From: a virus
Taxonomy: Duplodnaviria > Caudoviricetes
IMG/VR virus record: IMGVR_UViG_3300037790_000015
Location: 1 to 29,337 of that record
Length of the DNA: 29,337 bases
Direction: 5' to 3' (one strand)
The position numbers were made by a program, and so were the translations under genes. The notes below the pieces were generated by a model. The model was not told the origin of the DNA. It was given only the letters and a program-made list of their open reading frames with translations, and did not search any database. Shown piece by piece: positions 1-10,409 of this stretch. How positions within the stretch are numbered: position 1 is the first letter of the stretch; each line of letters opens with the position of its first letter.

Positions 1-292
1 CATGCTCAAATCCGACCCGTTCTACCAGCCTTTTGACGCTGGGCTTTTTAATCGTCGCTAAAATCATTCGGCACCACGGATATTCGGCAAAAATCCAGCT
101 GATAAAGGCTTCTATTGCTGGTTTGATCAGTCTTAAATCTTCTCTACTTGCTGAGAAGTGGGCTGCCATAGCTTTGCCCCGCTGCGCAAAAGTGAAATAA
201 ATCTCTTTATCCTGGTACTGCACGCACCAGTAACATTCGTTGAAAAACACGCCATGCTTCGGCGCTGCCGGTTTAAACTGCGACCCAGCCAC
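1..292 (-). CDS. GNAT-fold virion-associated protein, P22 gp14-like (runs off window edge)
   Basis: Hand-translated from GTG at 292: MAGSQFKPAAPKHGVFF...FISWIFAEYPWCRMILATIKKPSVKRLVERVGFEH. The C-terminal 'rlverVGF' pattern and the position after the gp10-like and next gene match gp14-type genes. Confidence 0.55.
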   Translation of the reverse strand, partial: MAGSQFKPAAPKHGVFFNECYWCVQYQDKEIYFTFAQRGKAMAAHFSASREDLRLIKPAIEAFISWIFAEYPWCRMILATIKKPSVKRLVERVGFEH

Positions 293-557
293 TATCTGCC
301 CCGACTGCCGGGTTGATGTACAACGTGCCAGCGCTACTATCGAAATACTGGCGGGACTTGTTGCTTGTCACTGACCCCTCCGGGCTTCCTGTGCCAACCT
401 GCATTATGTTTGAGTCAATGCTCTGTGCGGTGGTGATCAAGTCCTGTGCCAGCGAAATAAAGGCATTAATCACAGGCTCAGGCCAGTTGGTCAGCTCCCG
501 CAGTTCGTCAGCCGACAAGTCCAGCCCGATAAAATCTTGCGTTACCGGCTTAACCAT
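273..557 (-). CDS. small virion/tail protein (gp26 tail-needle position)
   Basis: 94 aa ORF overlapping the gp10-like stop. It has a 'GTGSPEGSVT...YFD...LY...GW' motif typical of tail-associated proteins. Confidence 0.5.
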   Translation of the reverse strand: MVKPVTQDFIGLDLSADELRELTNWPEPVINAFISLAQDLITTAQSIDSNIMQVGTGSPEGSVTSNKSRQYFDSSAGTLYINPAVGADSGWVAV

Positions 558-1953
558 GCTCGATAAACCCTCTGCTGAACGCCATGCGTGACTCAGTAAT
601 GCCGCGCATCTTCACGCCCACCCAGTTCCTGATAATGCCTAGGCGGCGAATAATGAATTGCGTCCGGTACTCGTAGGGCTGACCGTAGTTCAGCGTCCAT
701 TCCTTGCCGTAAGTAATACCGTCATAGGTCAATGATATGAATACAGTTGCGCCGGGTTCAGCGGTGTGGCCGGGGATGGTTTCAATTTCCAGTTCATCAA
801 CTGACTGCTTATCCAGATACATGAACGGGGTATAAAGCTCCCACTCAGCGAGTTCACCGTATTGCGTGACTACTGACTCGTCCAGAATGCCGATTCGCAG
901 GTCTTCCTTATCGCCATACACCCACTCACCCAGGCGCGGCTCATACAAGCCGTTGATGCCTCGCCATGGCCGGATAGAGTCTCCACCGGTAATCACAGAC
1001 CATGCCTGATCGATACCAGCAGAAGCGGCCAGTGTTTCGTTGAACATCAGCGTTTGGTCGGGCAGATGAACGTAAATGAAAGACATGCCATCCTGAGAGC
1101 GCGATTCAAGCCGCACATCAGCAAGCTCTGCCTCGTCATATTCGCCAATGATTTTGTCTATGCTGCGGGTAGATACCTGCTTACTGGAGCCGACGCCCAG
1201 AACATGAACCCCTAAAGCGCCTTCCTTGCGCCCGCCAAGCAAATACCACTTGTCATTCAGCTCACACTTGGCGTGCGTTGCCACAATGCCAATCTTGACT
1301 GCACGCGACTGAATACGCTGAAAAGCGAAATTCTCCGTTGCCTGGTTGGCAAAATATTCAGTGGTGTACCGGTTAAATGCTATTGCCTTGTTGTCTGATG
1401 TTTTGCCTACGCCCAGCGTTGGATCGGGTGAGAACTCAGACGTGGCAAACTTGTTTGGTGAAATAGCTTCTTCGTTGTTGATGTCGGTGTGATAAAGAAA
1501 CTCACCATCGGTCAGGAAGTAATACCCATCGACCCATACGCCATCAATCGGACTGCCTACATCAGAATCAGTGACCTGGCGAAAACCGCTATCAAAGTCG
1601 AACAGGTAGAAATTGCCACCGGCAATAATCGCCTGCGTGTTGAATGAATACGGCATGGCAACCTGCTCAGTGCCGGGGATTTTTCCGTAACGCTGATTTG
1701 AACCGTTTTCTCTTACAACCAGAAACTGGCCGGCAGACACCCGAAAATGATTGGATAGGCGCTCATTCCAGACACCGCCCCGGTCTTTGCCTACGCCGGT
1801 GCCGTACTCGCGCAACCCCTCATGTTGGAGCATGTAGCCTGCAGCGCCGAACATCGGGCGCAGCACGCCATACATATTCTTAGGCAGTGCGTCACGGTAA
1901 TCTGTCTCCGGCGAAACCTTGTCGCCTTTAATCAGATTGATTTGTGATCTCAC
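550..1953 (-). CDS. packaged DNA stabilization protein / tail hub, P22 gp10-like
   Basis: 467 aa beta-rich protein (DGVWVDGYYF, ATSEFSPD, DGITYG..W..G..Y..R motifs), directly after the gp4-like gene. Confidence 0.85.
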   Translation of the reverse strand: MRSQINLIKGDKVSPETDYRDALPKNMYGVLRPMFGAAGYMLQHEGLREYGTGVGKDRGGVWNERLSNHFRVSAGQFLVVRENGSNQRYGKIPGTEQVAMPYSFNTQAIIAGGNFYLFDFDSGFRQVTDSDVGSPIDGVWVDGYYFLTDGEFLYHTDINNEEAISPNKFATSEFSPDPTLGVGKTSDNKAIAFNRYTTEYFANQATENFAFQRIQSRAVKIGIVATHAKCELNDKWYLLGGRKEGALGVHVLGVGSSKQVSTRSIDKIIGEYDEAELADVRLESRSQDGMSFIYVHLPDQTLMFNETLAASAGIDQAWSVITGGDSIRPWRGINGLYEPRLGEWVYGDKEDLRIGILDESVVTQYGELAEWELYTPFMYLDKQSVDELEIETIPGHTAEPGATVFISLTYDGITYGKEWTLNYGQPYEYRTQFIIRRLGIIRNWVGVKMRGITESRMAFSRGFIEHG

Positions 1954-2660
1954 GCTTGAACCTCAAAGTTAACCAGACGGTAATCAATGCGCCCTGTGTC
2001 AGTGGTGATGGTTATTTTCACCTGTTGCCAGACCTGCGCACCCTCTGCCACCGTGATGCGATAGTTAATCACCGGGCTATCATTACTGCTTGAGTTCACG
2101 GTCAGGCCGTCAGTGGCTTCAATCTCAAAGCTATCAATCACATCCTCACCGAGATAGGCTGAGAAATCAGCGCGGTAATTGCTCACATCGCCCGGCTGCA
2201 CGATAACCGTATCCTTGTCGTTCGGCGGCAGTTGCACAGGATGGGAAAAGCGATACCAGCGGCCAAAACGGGTTGTGTTACCGCTACCCAGTGGCATGCG
2301 TGATGGATACTGCACCTGACGCACTCTATCTGCCGCTGCGTAGCTCAAAGCAGATGACATTGACTGGCTTGCCTGTGCAATCAGCGTGGGCGGCACGGCC
2401 TTGTTAAAGTCGGCAATTAAGCGGACAGCCAGGTTAGTGTTGATCATGTTCCAGTATTTTCGATCCACACCAAGCGGACTGTTTGGGTCTGGCTCATCCT
2501 CGAAGTTGTAGCCGATGCTGATGTTAATTTCATGCATCATGTTTTCAAGTTCCTGCAGCGCCAGTTCCAAATCCTCTGGCGTTGGATCGACAGTAACGCC
2601 GCTTATCCGTAGTTTTGAATAAGCAGCGTTAATGCGATCAACCTTGAGATTCTGAGACAT
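1950..2660 (-). CDS. head-tail adaptor, P22 gp4-like, with C-terminal extension
   Basis: 'INAAYSKLRISG..D.TPEDLELALQELENMM..IGY.F...NLAVRL..DF...YPSRMPLGSGN' matches the gp4 pattern. Confidence 0.85.
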   Translation of the reverse strand: MSQNLKVDRINAAYSKLRISGVTVDPTPEDLELALQELENMMHEINISIGYNFEDEPDPNSPLGVDRKYWNMINTNLAVRLIADFNKAVPPTLIAQASQSMSSALSYAAADRVRQVQYPSRMPLGSGNTTRFGRWYRFSHPVQLPPNDKDTVIVQPGDVSNYRADFSAYLGEDVIDSFEIEATDGLTVNSSSNDSPVINYRITVAEGAQVWQQVKITITTDTGRIDYRLVNFEVQA

Positions 2661-2663
2661 TGC

Positions 2664-3014
<351 letters not shown>

Positions 3015-3027
3015 GTTTCACCTCGCA

Positions 3028-3057
3028 TAAAGAAAAGGGAGCCTCGAAAGGCTCCCT
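3028..3057 (-). terminator. intrinsic terminator after coat gene
   Basis: Minus strand reads AGGGAGCC-TTTCGA-GGCTCCCT followed by TTTCTTT. Confidence 0.8.
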
Positions 3058-3065
3058 GATTTGGT

Positions 3066-4358
3066 TTACGCTGAGAAAGTCGTAAACACACCGTTTGCTG
3101 ATGGATCAGCATTGGTCAGGCCGTACCAGGTGAACAAGCGCCATTGGAACGTCATGTTCTCAATGTTGCCGTCGTAAACCAGGTACATGATTTGACCGTT
3201 GCTCATGGTCGCGCTGATCACCTTCATGCCGCCGAACTCTTTCATCAGTTCAGCCGGAATTTCACCGGTCATCACTTCGATTGAGTCTTTGGTCCAGAAG
3301 ATGTTTGACTTTTTGCTGGCGTCAGTATTCAAGCGAACCACATCTGCAGTATTCAGGATTTGCGTATCAATGTTGGCATACGCTTTTTCCAGATCGCTGA
3401 GGCTTGAATCATCCAGGGCAATCGGTTTCGGATAAACCTTGATCGATGTGCCGTTGGGTTTTGCGACAACAGTAAATGTCATGGCCTGACCAGTTGGGGT
3501 TTTATCTGCAAGACCGACAGACTGAACATCATCAGAGCCGTTAGTGAACTTGATTTTGTCGCCTACGCTCAGGCCGGATGAGTCATCCACAGCGATGGTC
3601 GCAACGCGGTAATCCACGTTAGTAACCTGACCTGTTGCGTTATTCACTGAACCTGCTTCTGGCGCTTCTGACACGTCAGCCGTTACCGCAACAGTCGGCG
3701 CAGCGCCACCTGTCAGGTTAGGCAAGAACGAGCCTTTATAGACACCTTCAAAGCCCGCGACGTTCTGGCCGATCTGACCGGTAGCCCATACTGTTTCAGG
3801 GCGACCCTGCACAGTTTGACGAGCAGCCAAGTCTGAGCCATAAGCCAGATAGTCACGGTCATTGATAACAGCGTAGCGGGATTGGTCAGCAGTTTTCTGC
3901 CGTTCATCCAGCATTGCACCTGCTTCTGCAATCGCGTCATAGCCACTGGTGGCGCTGGTGCGATAGAACAGAGATCCGGATGTAGTGATAAGTTCAGCCA
4001 AGCCTTTATTCAGCTCAGTGGCTTGACGTTTACCGGACTGCTCACCGCGACGCTCCCAGAAGGTCTTATCACGCATATCATCGGCACGCAGCTCAACAAA
4101 GTCGTTTTTCGGCGTACCCAGAATGGCAGGATAAGTTTCTTCGATGATGCCAGTCTTGCTTGAACTCAAATCCCAACCATCAATGATTGGGGCATGTTGT
4201 TGCACTGGACGCCAAACAGCGTTGCCAGAGTTTTGAAGGTCGCCCGCATTAGGCTCAAAGCGAGTGACCAAGGGGAGCATCTGCATTTGATGCTCATATG
4301 TATCGACGGCGCTCTCCAGGAGAACTTCTGCCATCTTACCTGTAGTTAAAGTTGCCAT
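3066..4358 (-). CDS. major capsid protein, P22 gp5 family
   Basis: 430 aa (P22 coat length) with 'SGNAVWRPVQQ', 'LRADDMRD' and a C-terminal 'WRLFTWYG' pattern; follows the scaffold gene. Confidence 0.92.
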   Translation of the reverse strand: MATLTTGKMAEVLLESAVDTYEHQMQMLPLVTRFEPNAGDLQNSGNAVWRPVQQHAPIIDGWDLSSSKTGIIEETYPAILGTPKNDFVELRADDMRDKTFWERRGEQSGKRQATELNKGLAELITTSGSLFYRTSATSGYDAIAEAGAMLDERQKTADQSRYAVINDRDYLAYGSDLAARQTVQGRPETVWATGQIGQNVAGFEGVYKGSFLPNLTGGAAPTVAVTADVSEAPEAGSVNNATGQVTNVDYRVATIAVDDSSGLSVGDKIKFTNGSDDVQSVGLADKTPTGQAMTFTVVAKPNGTSIKVYPKPIALDDSSLSDLEKAYANIDTQILNTADVVRLNTDASKKSNIFWTKDSIEVMTGEIPAELMKEFGGMKVISATMSNGQIMYLVYDGNIENMTFQWRLFTWYGLTNADPSANGVFTTFSA

Positions 4359-4370
4359 ATCGGTTCCTCA

Positions 4371-5423
4371 TTACCATTTAGATGTGTCAACGCCCGCTTG
4401 CTTCGCTTCCCGTTTGGCATTAAAGGCTGTCTGACTGTCACCTTTGGCGTGCGCTTTGTCATACTTCGACTTGAGCGCCTTAGCCGATTGGGTCACAGCA
4501 GCATCACCGTCTGCTTGGGGAGCTGGGCGTGGAGCGTTGGATTGACGTTTTTTGGGTGCGGTTAGGTCGTGTTTCAGTTCACCGAGAAAGACAGCGGCTT
4601 TGATGCCTGATGGGTCTGCTTTAAGCAGTGATTGCAGTTCAGAGAGGCGCGCTTTATTAACGCCAAGGTTATAAAACACCCGCTCTGAACCTTTCCCCAG
4701 GTTGCTAATCAGCGCGTCAGTAATCGTGTCACCGGCCCCCTCAAACACATCATCAACTGCCTGACGTACTCGATAGTCTGCCGATTGATACATTTCAGCA
4801 CTGATACCGCTTTCCTCGGCCAATGTGACCGCCCGCTGGTAGTGTTCATCGACGCCCTGAGAAACCTCCTGCATGCGCTCAATTCGCTTGCGCTCGGCAT
4901 TTTTTGCTGCCTGCTCCGCTTGGCTTTCTGCGTGCTTTTGGTTCCACTTCCACTCGGCCACGGCTTCGGCAAATGCCTCATCCGGGTCGTCATGGTCAAG
5001 GAACTGGTCACGCTTGGGCTTTTGCAGGTCGGGCTGCTTGCCTTGCTCTAGCTCTTTGAGTCGTGCTTTTAGCTTCTCGGTTTCTTCGTCGTGCTTACGT
5101 TGCAGCTTTGCTTTGAGCTTGTTTTTAGCCGCCGCAATATCGCTGTCGGTAAACTTGCGATCACTACCTGATGATGTCTGGTCATCATCGGGTTTCATCC
5201 AGTCCTCAGGTTCTGCTTCCTTACCTTCCTCATCGGGTTTGTCTTGATCCGCATCAGACTCACCTTCTTCGGCGGGTAATTCTGCCGCTTGGTCATCAGT
5301 TTCAGCCTCTAAGCCCTCGTCCTGAGCTTCTGGCTCATCTTCTACAGCCTCTTGCGGATTGGCTGCGGCTTCTGCTTCTAACTTCGCGTTTTCTTCCTTT
5401 AACTGTTCCAGAGTTTTTGCCAT
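4371..5423 (-). CDS. scaffolding protein
   Basis: Acidic N-terminus and helical/coiled-coil body; lies between portal and coat. Start moved to MAKTLEQ (ATG 5423, GAGG upstream). Confidence 0.85.
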   Translation of the reverse strand: MAKTLEQLKEENAKLEAEAAANPQEAVEDEPEAQDEGLEAETDDQAAELPAEEGESDADQDKPDEEGKEAEPEDWMKPDDDQTSSGSDRKFTDSDIAAAKNKLKAKLQRKHDEETEKLKARLKELEQGKQPDLQKPKRDQFLDHDDPDEAFAEAVAEWKWNQKHAESQAEQAAKNAERKRIERMQEVSQGVDEHYQRAVTLAEESGISAEMYQSADYRVRQAVDDVFEGAGDTITDALISNLGKGSERVFYNLGVNKARLSELQSLLKADPSGIKAAVFLGELKHDLTAPKKRQSNAPRPAPQADGDAAVTQSAKALKSKYDKAHAKGDSQTAFNAKREAKQAGVDTSKW

Positions 5424-5515
5424 TTTCTTGCCTCGCATGGTAACGATTAACCTTGTGAAAACCTCACAAGTAAGGTGCGCGTTTAACCTGGTCGCCTCAG
5501 TAAAAATCGGGCAAT

Positions 5516-5540
5516 AAAAAACCCGCTCAGTGGCGGGTTT
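5516..5540. terminator. intrinsic terminator between portal and scaffold genes
   Basis: AAAAAACCCGC-TCAGTG-GCGGGTTT hairpin; U-tract on the minus strand. Confidence 0.75.
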
Positions 5541-5560
5541 CTATTGGGAGTTCTGTGTTT

Positions 5561-7660
5561 TTATGCCGTAAGCCTTCGACTCATCAACTGACTGGCTTTC
5601 ATCCGGTTATCAAGCTGCTTGCCGAATGCATCAATATTCTTGAGGTTGATTGTGGCACCAGCTTCCTCAGCATCGACCTGGACTTTTGCCCGGTCAGTTT
5701 GCGCCTTGAACAGGTCAATCTGTGACTTGGCCTGTTGATTTTGAATATCAGCCTGGTCTTTAACCGTTTCTCGCTGCTGCTGCATCTGGTCAGCTTTCGC
5801 TTTCTCCATTTCAGCCATAGCCATAAGCGTGGCTGCATCAGGCTGTGAGCCTTGTTGCTGCGCTTGAGCAAGAATAGCTTCTTCTTCCTCATCTTCTGGT
5901 TGGCGGAAGCCGGACAGTAGCAACTGCTTGCTGGCATATTCACGGATGTCATCCATTGCCACGCCGTCAACCATCGTCAACTGTTTCAGCATCAGCGCTT
6001 TCATCAGTGCCGGATCGCTCGGCGCAACCATCTGAGCCATAGCGCCCAACTGCTCAATGGTCTGCTCTTTCTTACTGTTGTAACTTGGGCCAATATCAGC
6101 ATAGACCTCAAACTCAGCGTTGGTCAGGTCGTTCAGCACCACAATATCGCCAGTCTCACGGTCTATGACTGACTCCATGATTTTGGCTGTCTTAGTGGTG
6201 CCATCCGGTAGTGTCAGCGTGACAGTGCGTGGCGCGTCATAAATGAATGAAGCCATTGATGCATAGATTTCAGCATCACGGCGTTTCGCGTGTTTATGGT
6301 TCTGCTGATAGACCAGTGATTGCTGGTCAAGTCTGTTCTGCAGCGCCATGACCGCTTTGCCTGACAAATCAGGGTCGGCAATGTCTTGGGGCACGCCGGG
6401 ATTCGCCACGTCCTCTACCGCCTGGCGTGACAGTTCCATCGACGCCATTAACGCAGAAGGGATAGGCTGCTCTGGCATTTCTGCCACTGGGCCTACTGGA
6501 AGTTGACCGCCGTTACTGTCGAAACGGTTCTGCAGCAGGTAAGGATAGTTACTATCCGGCCCAGCTTCCTCATACATGAACTCATAGCCGGTGATTTGAT
6601 CGGCAGTGAAGATAGGCTTGCGTCTTGGACTACGGCTTACAATATCGGCCAGGTAGCTCATCTGGAAGTTACGCAGCCGCTGAGGGTCTTTCGCTAAACG
6701 AGTGACACCCTCGTACACTTCCTCACCACCAACAAAGGCACGCTCGCCGTACTCAGGCACGACCGGGATATGCTCTGAGGCAATCTCGCTTTCATCAAGC
6801 ACGTCAGCGCCGGACACAATGTATTTTGTGACCTTCCAGCGCTTGATGTCTTTCTCGCCGGTGATTTCATAGCCTGCATCAAGAAGCTCATCCATGATGT
6901 CAGTCAGATCGGACTCGCGCAGCGTTAACACCTGACCGAACGGATCAGCGAGCGTCAAAACCTTATCTTTGACTTTCTCCCTGCAGTACATGGTGGCGAC
7001 GTAATAAAGCTCATTTTTGGTATCGGCCCAACCAAACACGCCTGCATCCTCCGGCGTGGCAAAAGAGCTAACATCCACCTCGTCTTTGTTCTCGCCGGTC
7101 AACTCGTGAACCAGGTCGCAATAACCGTCTTTGCTGTATGCTGTCAGAATAGACACATACTTTGCATCTGACTTGTCCATGCGCTTGGCGTTGGGATCCC
7201 AGAATACGTTGTTGTTCGCTTCGTATAATGGGCGACGACGAATCACCTGATTTTCATCACCGGCACGATTGGTCTGGTAGTCGGTGTAAAGCTCCCAAGC
7301 GCCCACACCACACACCACAGCCTCGCTCTGAGCGTTGTCATACGCTTCAAGCGTGGTATTTACGCGGTCATCGGTCAAATACAGGCCGTCAAGCAAGTCA
7401 GCGCCGTCATCACGGTTATCATCCTTGGGCTTGAAGTCAATCTGGATAGGGTTGGCACGCAGATCGGAAATGATTTGACGACCAGCCTTACGCAGAATGT
7501 TGAACTCACCGCGATACTGCAGTTGAGACTCACCCAGTACGTTGTCGTCCCACTGCGTAACCCAATAAAACAGCATGTCGTCAGCGGCTTTTTCGCGCGT
7601 GACTTGGCCGTGGGAATAGGCTTTGTCATGCAGCTTTTTTAAATCCTGCAATTCGCGCAT
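5561..7660 (-). CDS. portal protein, P22 gp1 family
   Basis: 699 aa; 'QYRGEFNI', 'EAVVCGVGAW', 'VFWDPNAKRMDKSDA', 'EGVTRLAKDPQRLRNF' and a Q-rich C-terminal barrel. Confidence 0.93.
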   Translation of the reverse strand: MRELQDLKKLHDKAYSHGQVTREKAADDMLFYWVTQWDDNVLGESQLQYRGEFNILRKAGRQIISDLRANPIQIDFKPKDDNRDDGADLLDGLYLTDDRVNTTLEAYDNAQSEAVVCGVGAWELYTDYQTNRAGDENQVIRRRPLYEANNNVFWDPNAKRMDKSDAKYVSILTAYSKDGYCDLVHELTGENKDEVDVSSFATPEDAGVFGWADTKNELYYVATMYCREKVKDKVLTLADPFGQVLTLRESDLTDIMDELLDAGYEITGEKDIKRWKVTKYIVSGADVLDESEIASEHIPVVPEYGERAFVGGEEVYEGVTRLAKDPQRLRNFQMSYLADIVSRSPRRKPIFTADQITGYEFMYEEAGPDSNYPYLLQNRFDSNGGQLPVGPVAEMPEQPIPSALMASMELSRQAVEDVANPGVPQDIADPDLSGKAVMALQNRLDQQSLVYQQNHKHAKRRDAEIYASMASFIYDAPRTVTLTLPDGTTKTAKIMESVIDRETGDIVVLNDLTNAEFEVYADIGPSYNSKKEQTIEQLGAMAQMVAPSDPALMKALMLKQLTMVDGVAMDDIREYASKQLLLSGFRQPEDEEEEAILAQAQQQGSQPDAATLMAMAEMEKAKADQMQQQRETVKDQADIQNQQAKSQIDLFKAQTDRAKVQVDAEEAGATINLKNIDAFGKQLDNRMKASQLMSRRLTA

Positions 7661-7663
7661 CAG

Positions 7664-9124
7664 CTATCTTCCCATTGGTCTGAGTGGTCTAGGTATTTTC
7701 GGCTGTACTTGAACAGCTGGGGGCATGAACATCGTCATCATTACGCTGTCGCCCATGTTTGGCGATTTAATGTCCATCTTGGCCATATCTTCTTTTGACA
7801 TGACTTGTTTGAGCCCCCTGCCGTTTGGCTTTCTAGGCAATCTGCAAAGCTCCGCTCGAAGCTTCACGATGTTATCCACGCCATCAGTATCAATGCTGAT
7901 CATGTCATCTGGCGCTATATACTGCCCCTTCACCACACAGCGATAAGTGTTCTCAAATCGTCTGGCAAGCTCAAAATAATACTGCGCCCGGTTATTAAAG
8001 AACTCTTCCATGTAAGTCTTTGGCTTACTGCCGTTGCTATCGTTTACAGGAAGGTAAACATTCTCTGCGTTGTCCTGAGCGCTGCCAGATAACGACCCCC
8101 TGAACATATGGTATTGAACTCGTTTACCACGAAATGCATCTGAAACTTGCCGCTTCGCGCCTGAACCCATGCCGTCAGCGTCAAATATGAACCAATCGGC
8201 ATTGTCTTCCAGCGACTCATCGACAGCCCAATCAAAGCCGTCATCAATGTCACCATCTGTCTTTTCCCTGACTTTTTTGATAATTGACCCATGCCTGCAG
8301 GCATAACCTTTTGAGTCTGAACCCTGACCACTTGGATCGTGAGCAGAGACTACAGCACCAGTAGGTTTGAATACGCTTTGCAAGCGCTCTATCTTGTGAG
8401 CGTCCAGTGCCGCATCAAACCACTCCTGTTTGATGATTGAGCCCTCTACCGTGTCGTTGAATCGACCTTCCCATATCCAGTCGTATTCAGCGCGGGGGCG
8501 ATTCTCAAAGTCCCATTTTCGGAGCCGCTCTTGCTCTTCATTCCACCACGGGTTGTCACGCCAGTTAACGACGACAATCAGGTGTATGTCGTCCTCGTAG
8601 TAACCGTGCCGGTCTAACTCGTCCTGATAAGGAACAATGAAGCGCTGAGAAAATGGATCGCCACTTGATTGTGGGTTTGCGCTAAACCAGCATTCCGCGC
8701 CAGGGTTACGCAATATAGTCGGGAGAAGCTTGTCCAGTGACGCCTTACTGGCTCTGTGCGCTTCTTCAAACCATGAATACTTGTAGCCCTGCGCTGACTG
8801 TATTGAGTCAGGATTGCGTGATGCACCCTTGTAATTCGTTCTTGCTCCGGTAGGCGCTATTACCTTGTTTTCCTGAATATCCCACCCGGACAGTTGAAGC
8901 CGGTCATTAACTGAGTCAACAAAGACGCGATGAACGGAATCTAAAACAGAATCTTGATACTCACGGAGGCAATAAATATCTGCCTTTTCTGTTTCCATCT
9001 TCATTGTGAAGATGTCACCAAACCCGATTGACTTACCGGAGCCCCTGCCGCCAATCGCAACCTTTACCGGCTTCGATTTCAGCAGAAATGGTTCAAGCTT
9101 CCTGTTTACCTTCAGGTGAGGCAT
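7664..9124 (-). CDS. terL: terminase large subunit (PBSX-type)
   Basis: Walker A GGRGSGKS, Walker B 'YSWFEEA', 'FSANP' coupling motif, C-terminal 'SPNMGDS' nuclease motif. Confidence 0.93.
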   Translation of the reverse strand: MPHLKVNRKLEPFLLKSKPVKVAIGGRGSGKSIGFGDIFTMKMETEKADIYCLREYQDSVLDSVHRVFVDSVNDRLQLSGWDIQENKVIAPTGARTNYKGASRNPDSIQSAQGYKYSWFEEAHRASKASLDKLLPTILRNPGAECWFSANPQSSGDPFSQRFIVPYQDELDRHGYYEDDIHLIVVVNWRDNPWWNEEQERLRKWDFENRPRAEYDWIWEGRFNDTVEGSIIKQEWFDAALDAHKIERLQSVFKPTGAVVSAHDPSGQGSDSKGYACRHGSIIKKVREKTDGDIDDGFDWAVDESLEDNADWFIFDADGMGSGAKRQVSDAFRGKRVQYHMFRGSLSGSAQDNAENVYLPVNDSNGSKPKTYMEEFFNNRAQYYFELARRFENTYRCVVKGQYIAPDDMISIDTDGVDNIVKLRAELCRLPRKPNGRGLKQVMSKEDMAKMDIKSPNMGDSVMMTMFMPPAVQVQPKIPRPLRPMGR

Positions 9125-9467
9125 TTACAAATTCCACAGTCCATTTGTTATCAATCGGTCCGCCATCCTTGCCGGTTAACTCTTGTTTAACTCGCGTACC
9201 CTCTTTGCGGTCAACAACCCGGTGAGCTGTCTGTAAATCATCGTCATCAAGCGCGTTACTGATCAGCTTTTTCGCCTTAAACGTAGGCATATTCTTAAGC
9301 GTCTCTTTTCGCTCGGAAAACTCCGGATTCAAGTTGCAGTAGTCATACAGCGTGCTGGGGTGAATATCGGCATACGCACAAGCCTCGGAGTCTGTGCAGC
9401 CATAGATAAAAGCCTCTTCCAATTTTCCTATGACCGATTTGGTCATTTTGGTTGGTCTTGCCATCAC
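9093..9467 (-). CDS. terS: terminase small subunit
   Basis: N-terminal 'ARPTKMT..V..KLEEAF..GCTD.EAC.YADI..STLY.Y' HTH and C-terminal 'ELTGKDGGPI'; overlaps terL. Confidence 0.85.
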   Translation of the reverse strand: MMARPTKMTKSVIGKLEEAFIYGCTDSEACAYADIHPSTLYDYCNLNPEFSERKETLKNMPTFKAKKLISNALDDDDLQTAHRVVDRKEGTRVKQELTGKDGGPIDNKWTVEFVNASPEGKQEA

Positions 9468-9829
9468 TTCTTCCGCTTAATCCGTTCTTCTTCCGTCTGA
9501 ATACGGAAAATGAGTTCTTTGCTGTCAAAGGGTTTCGACATAAACGCATCGGCCCCTGCCGAGACAGCCGTGCATAAATCGTCCCAGCGACCTTTTACCG
9601 TGACCATGATGATAGGGATTGGGTAGCCGAATTTTCGTGCTTTTTTCACCAACTCCAGACCACTGATGCCTGGCATTTCCCAATCGACAATCAGCATGTC
9701 TACCTCACCTAGAATCGGTAAGGCTTCTTCTACACTGGTAACGCAGTCAGTGGAATGCCCTAACTGCTCTGCAACGTGCTTGATTTGCACCCGTTGCTCT
9801 GGGCTGTCTTCAACAATCAGTATTCTCAT
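9464..9829 (-). CDS. single-domain response regulator (CheY-like receiver)
   Basis: ILIVED acidic pair, 'IVDWEMPGISGLEL' phospho-acceptor Asp, 'PIIMVT' Thr and 'GADAFMSKPF' Lys-Pro. Confidence 0.92.
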   Translation of the reverse strand: MRILIVEDSPEQRVQIKHVAEQLGHSTDCVTSVEEALPILGEVDMLIVDWEMPGISGLELVKKARKFGYPIPIIMVTVKGRWDDLCTAVSAGADAFMSKPFDSKELIFRIQTEEERIKRKK

Positions 9830-10074
9830 CGGCTTGACTCTCTGAGCCTGTCGATCTCTTTTTCAAAGTGGTTACTCGACTCCTTGAGTGTGGTAAACAA
9901 TCTATCGTCTGCTTGCTGCAAGTGGTTGGCGTCATTTCTCAACACCTTCACCACTACATCAAGCGCATGCAGCTTGTTCTTGTTCTCTTTGATTTCAGCC
10001 CACAAGAAACCGACAAGAGCGGTCAGCGCAGTGACTACAATGCCAATGACTGTAAGCCATTCCGCTAAACCCAC
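9826..10074 (-). CDS. single-TM + coiled-coil protein (holin-like position)
   Basis: N-terminal hydrophobic helix WLTVIGIVVTALTALVGFLW followed by a heptad-rich tail; GGAG RBS. Confidence 0.55.
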   Translation of the reverse strand: MGLAEWLTVIGIVVTALTALVGFLWAEIKENKNKLHALDVVVKVLRNDANHLQQADDRLFTTLKESSNHFEKEIDRLRESSR

Positions 10075-10085
10075 TACGGACTCCC

Positions 10086-10358
10086 TTAGTTATAAATGCC
10101 ACGCTCACAGGCTTCTACCCATTCACGCTTAAATCTCTTGGTAATTGCTTTCTGTCGGTCTTCACCGAAGTAACCCGGCCACTGGTAAGCGGAGTTTTTC
10201 ATATCCTGTTGCAGTCGCGTTTTAGCGACCAGCTCAATACCTAATCCCTGCTGTCTGGACTGCATGACGGTTTCAGCCATGAGGCCGACCAAAGCACAAT
10301 CCTCTGCTGCTACGTTTCCGGTGGCGGCGATCATGAATACTGCAAGCAGGTTTTTCAT
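10086..10358 (-). CDS. secreted/periplasmic hypothetical protein
   Basis: Signal peptide MKNLLAVFMIAATGNVAA and two Cys; start at ATG 10358 rather than inside the terminator. Confidence 0.6.
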   Translation of the reverse strand: MKNLLAVFMIAATGNVAAEDCALVGLMAETVMQSRQQGLGIELVAKTRLQQDMKNSAYQWPGYFGEDRQKAITKRFKREWVEACERGIYN

Positions 10359-10372
10359 TTCAGCGCCCCAGA

Positions 10373-10409
10373 TAAAGAAAAACCCCATCAGGAAAACCTG
10401 ACAGGGTTA
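10373..10409 (-). terminator. tR'-like terminator ahead of late genes
   Basis: Minus strand AACCCTGTCAGG-TTTT-CCTGATGGGGTT followed by TTTCTTT. Confidence 0.8.
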
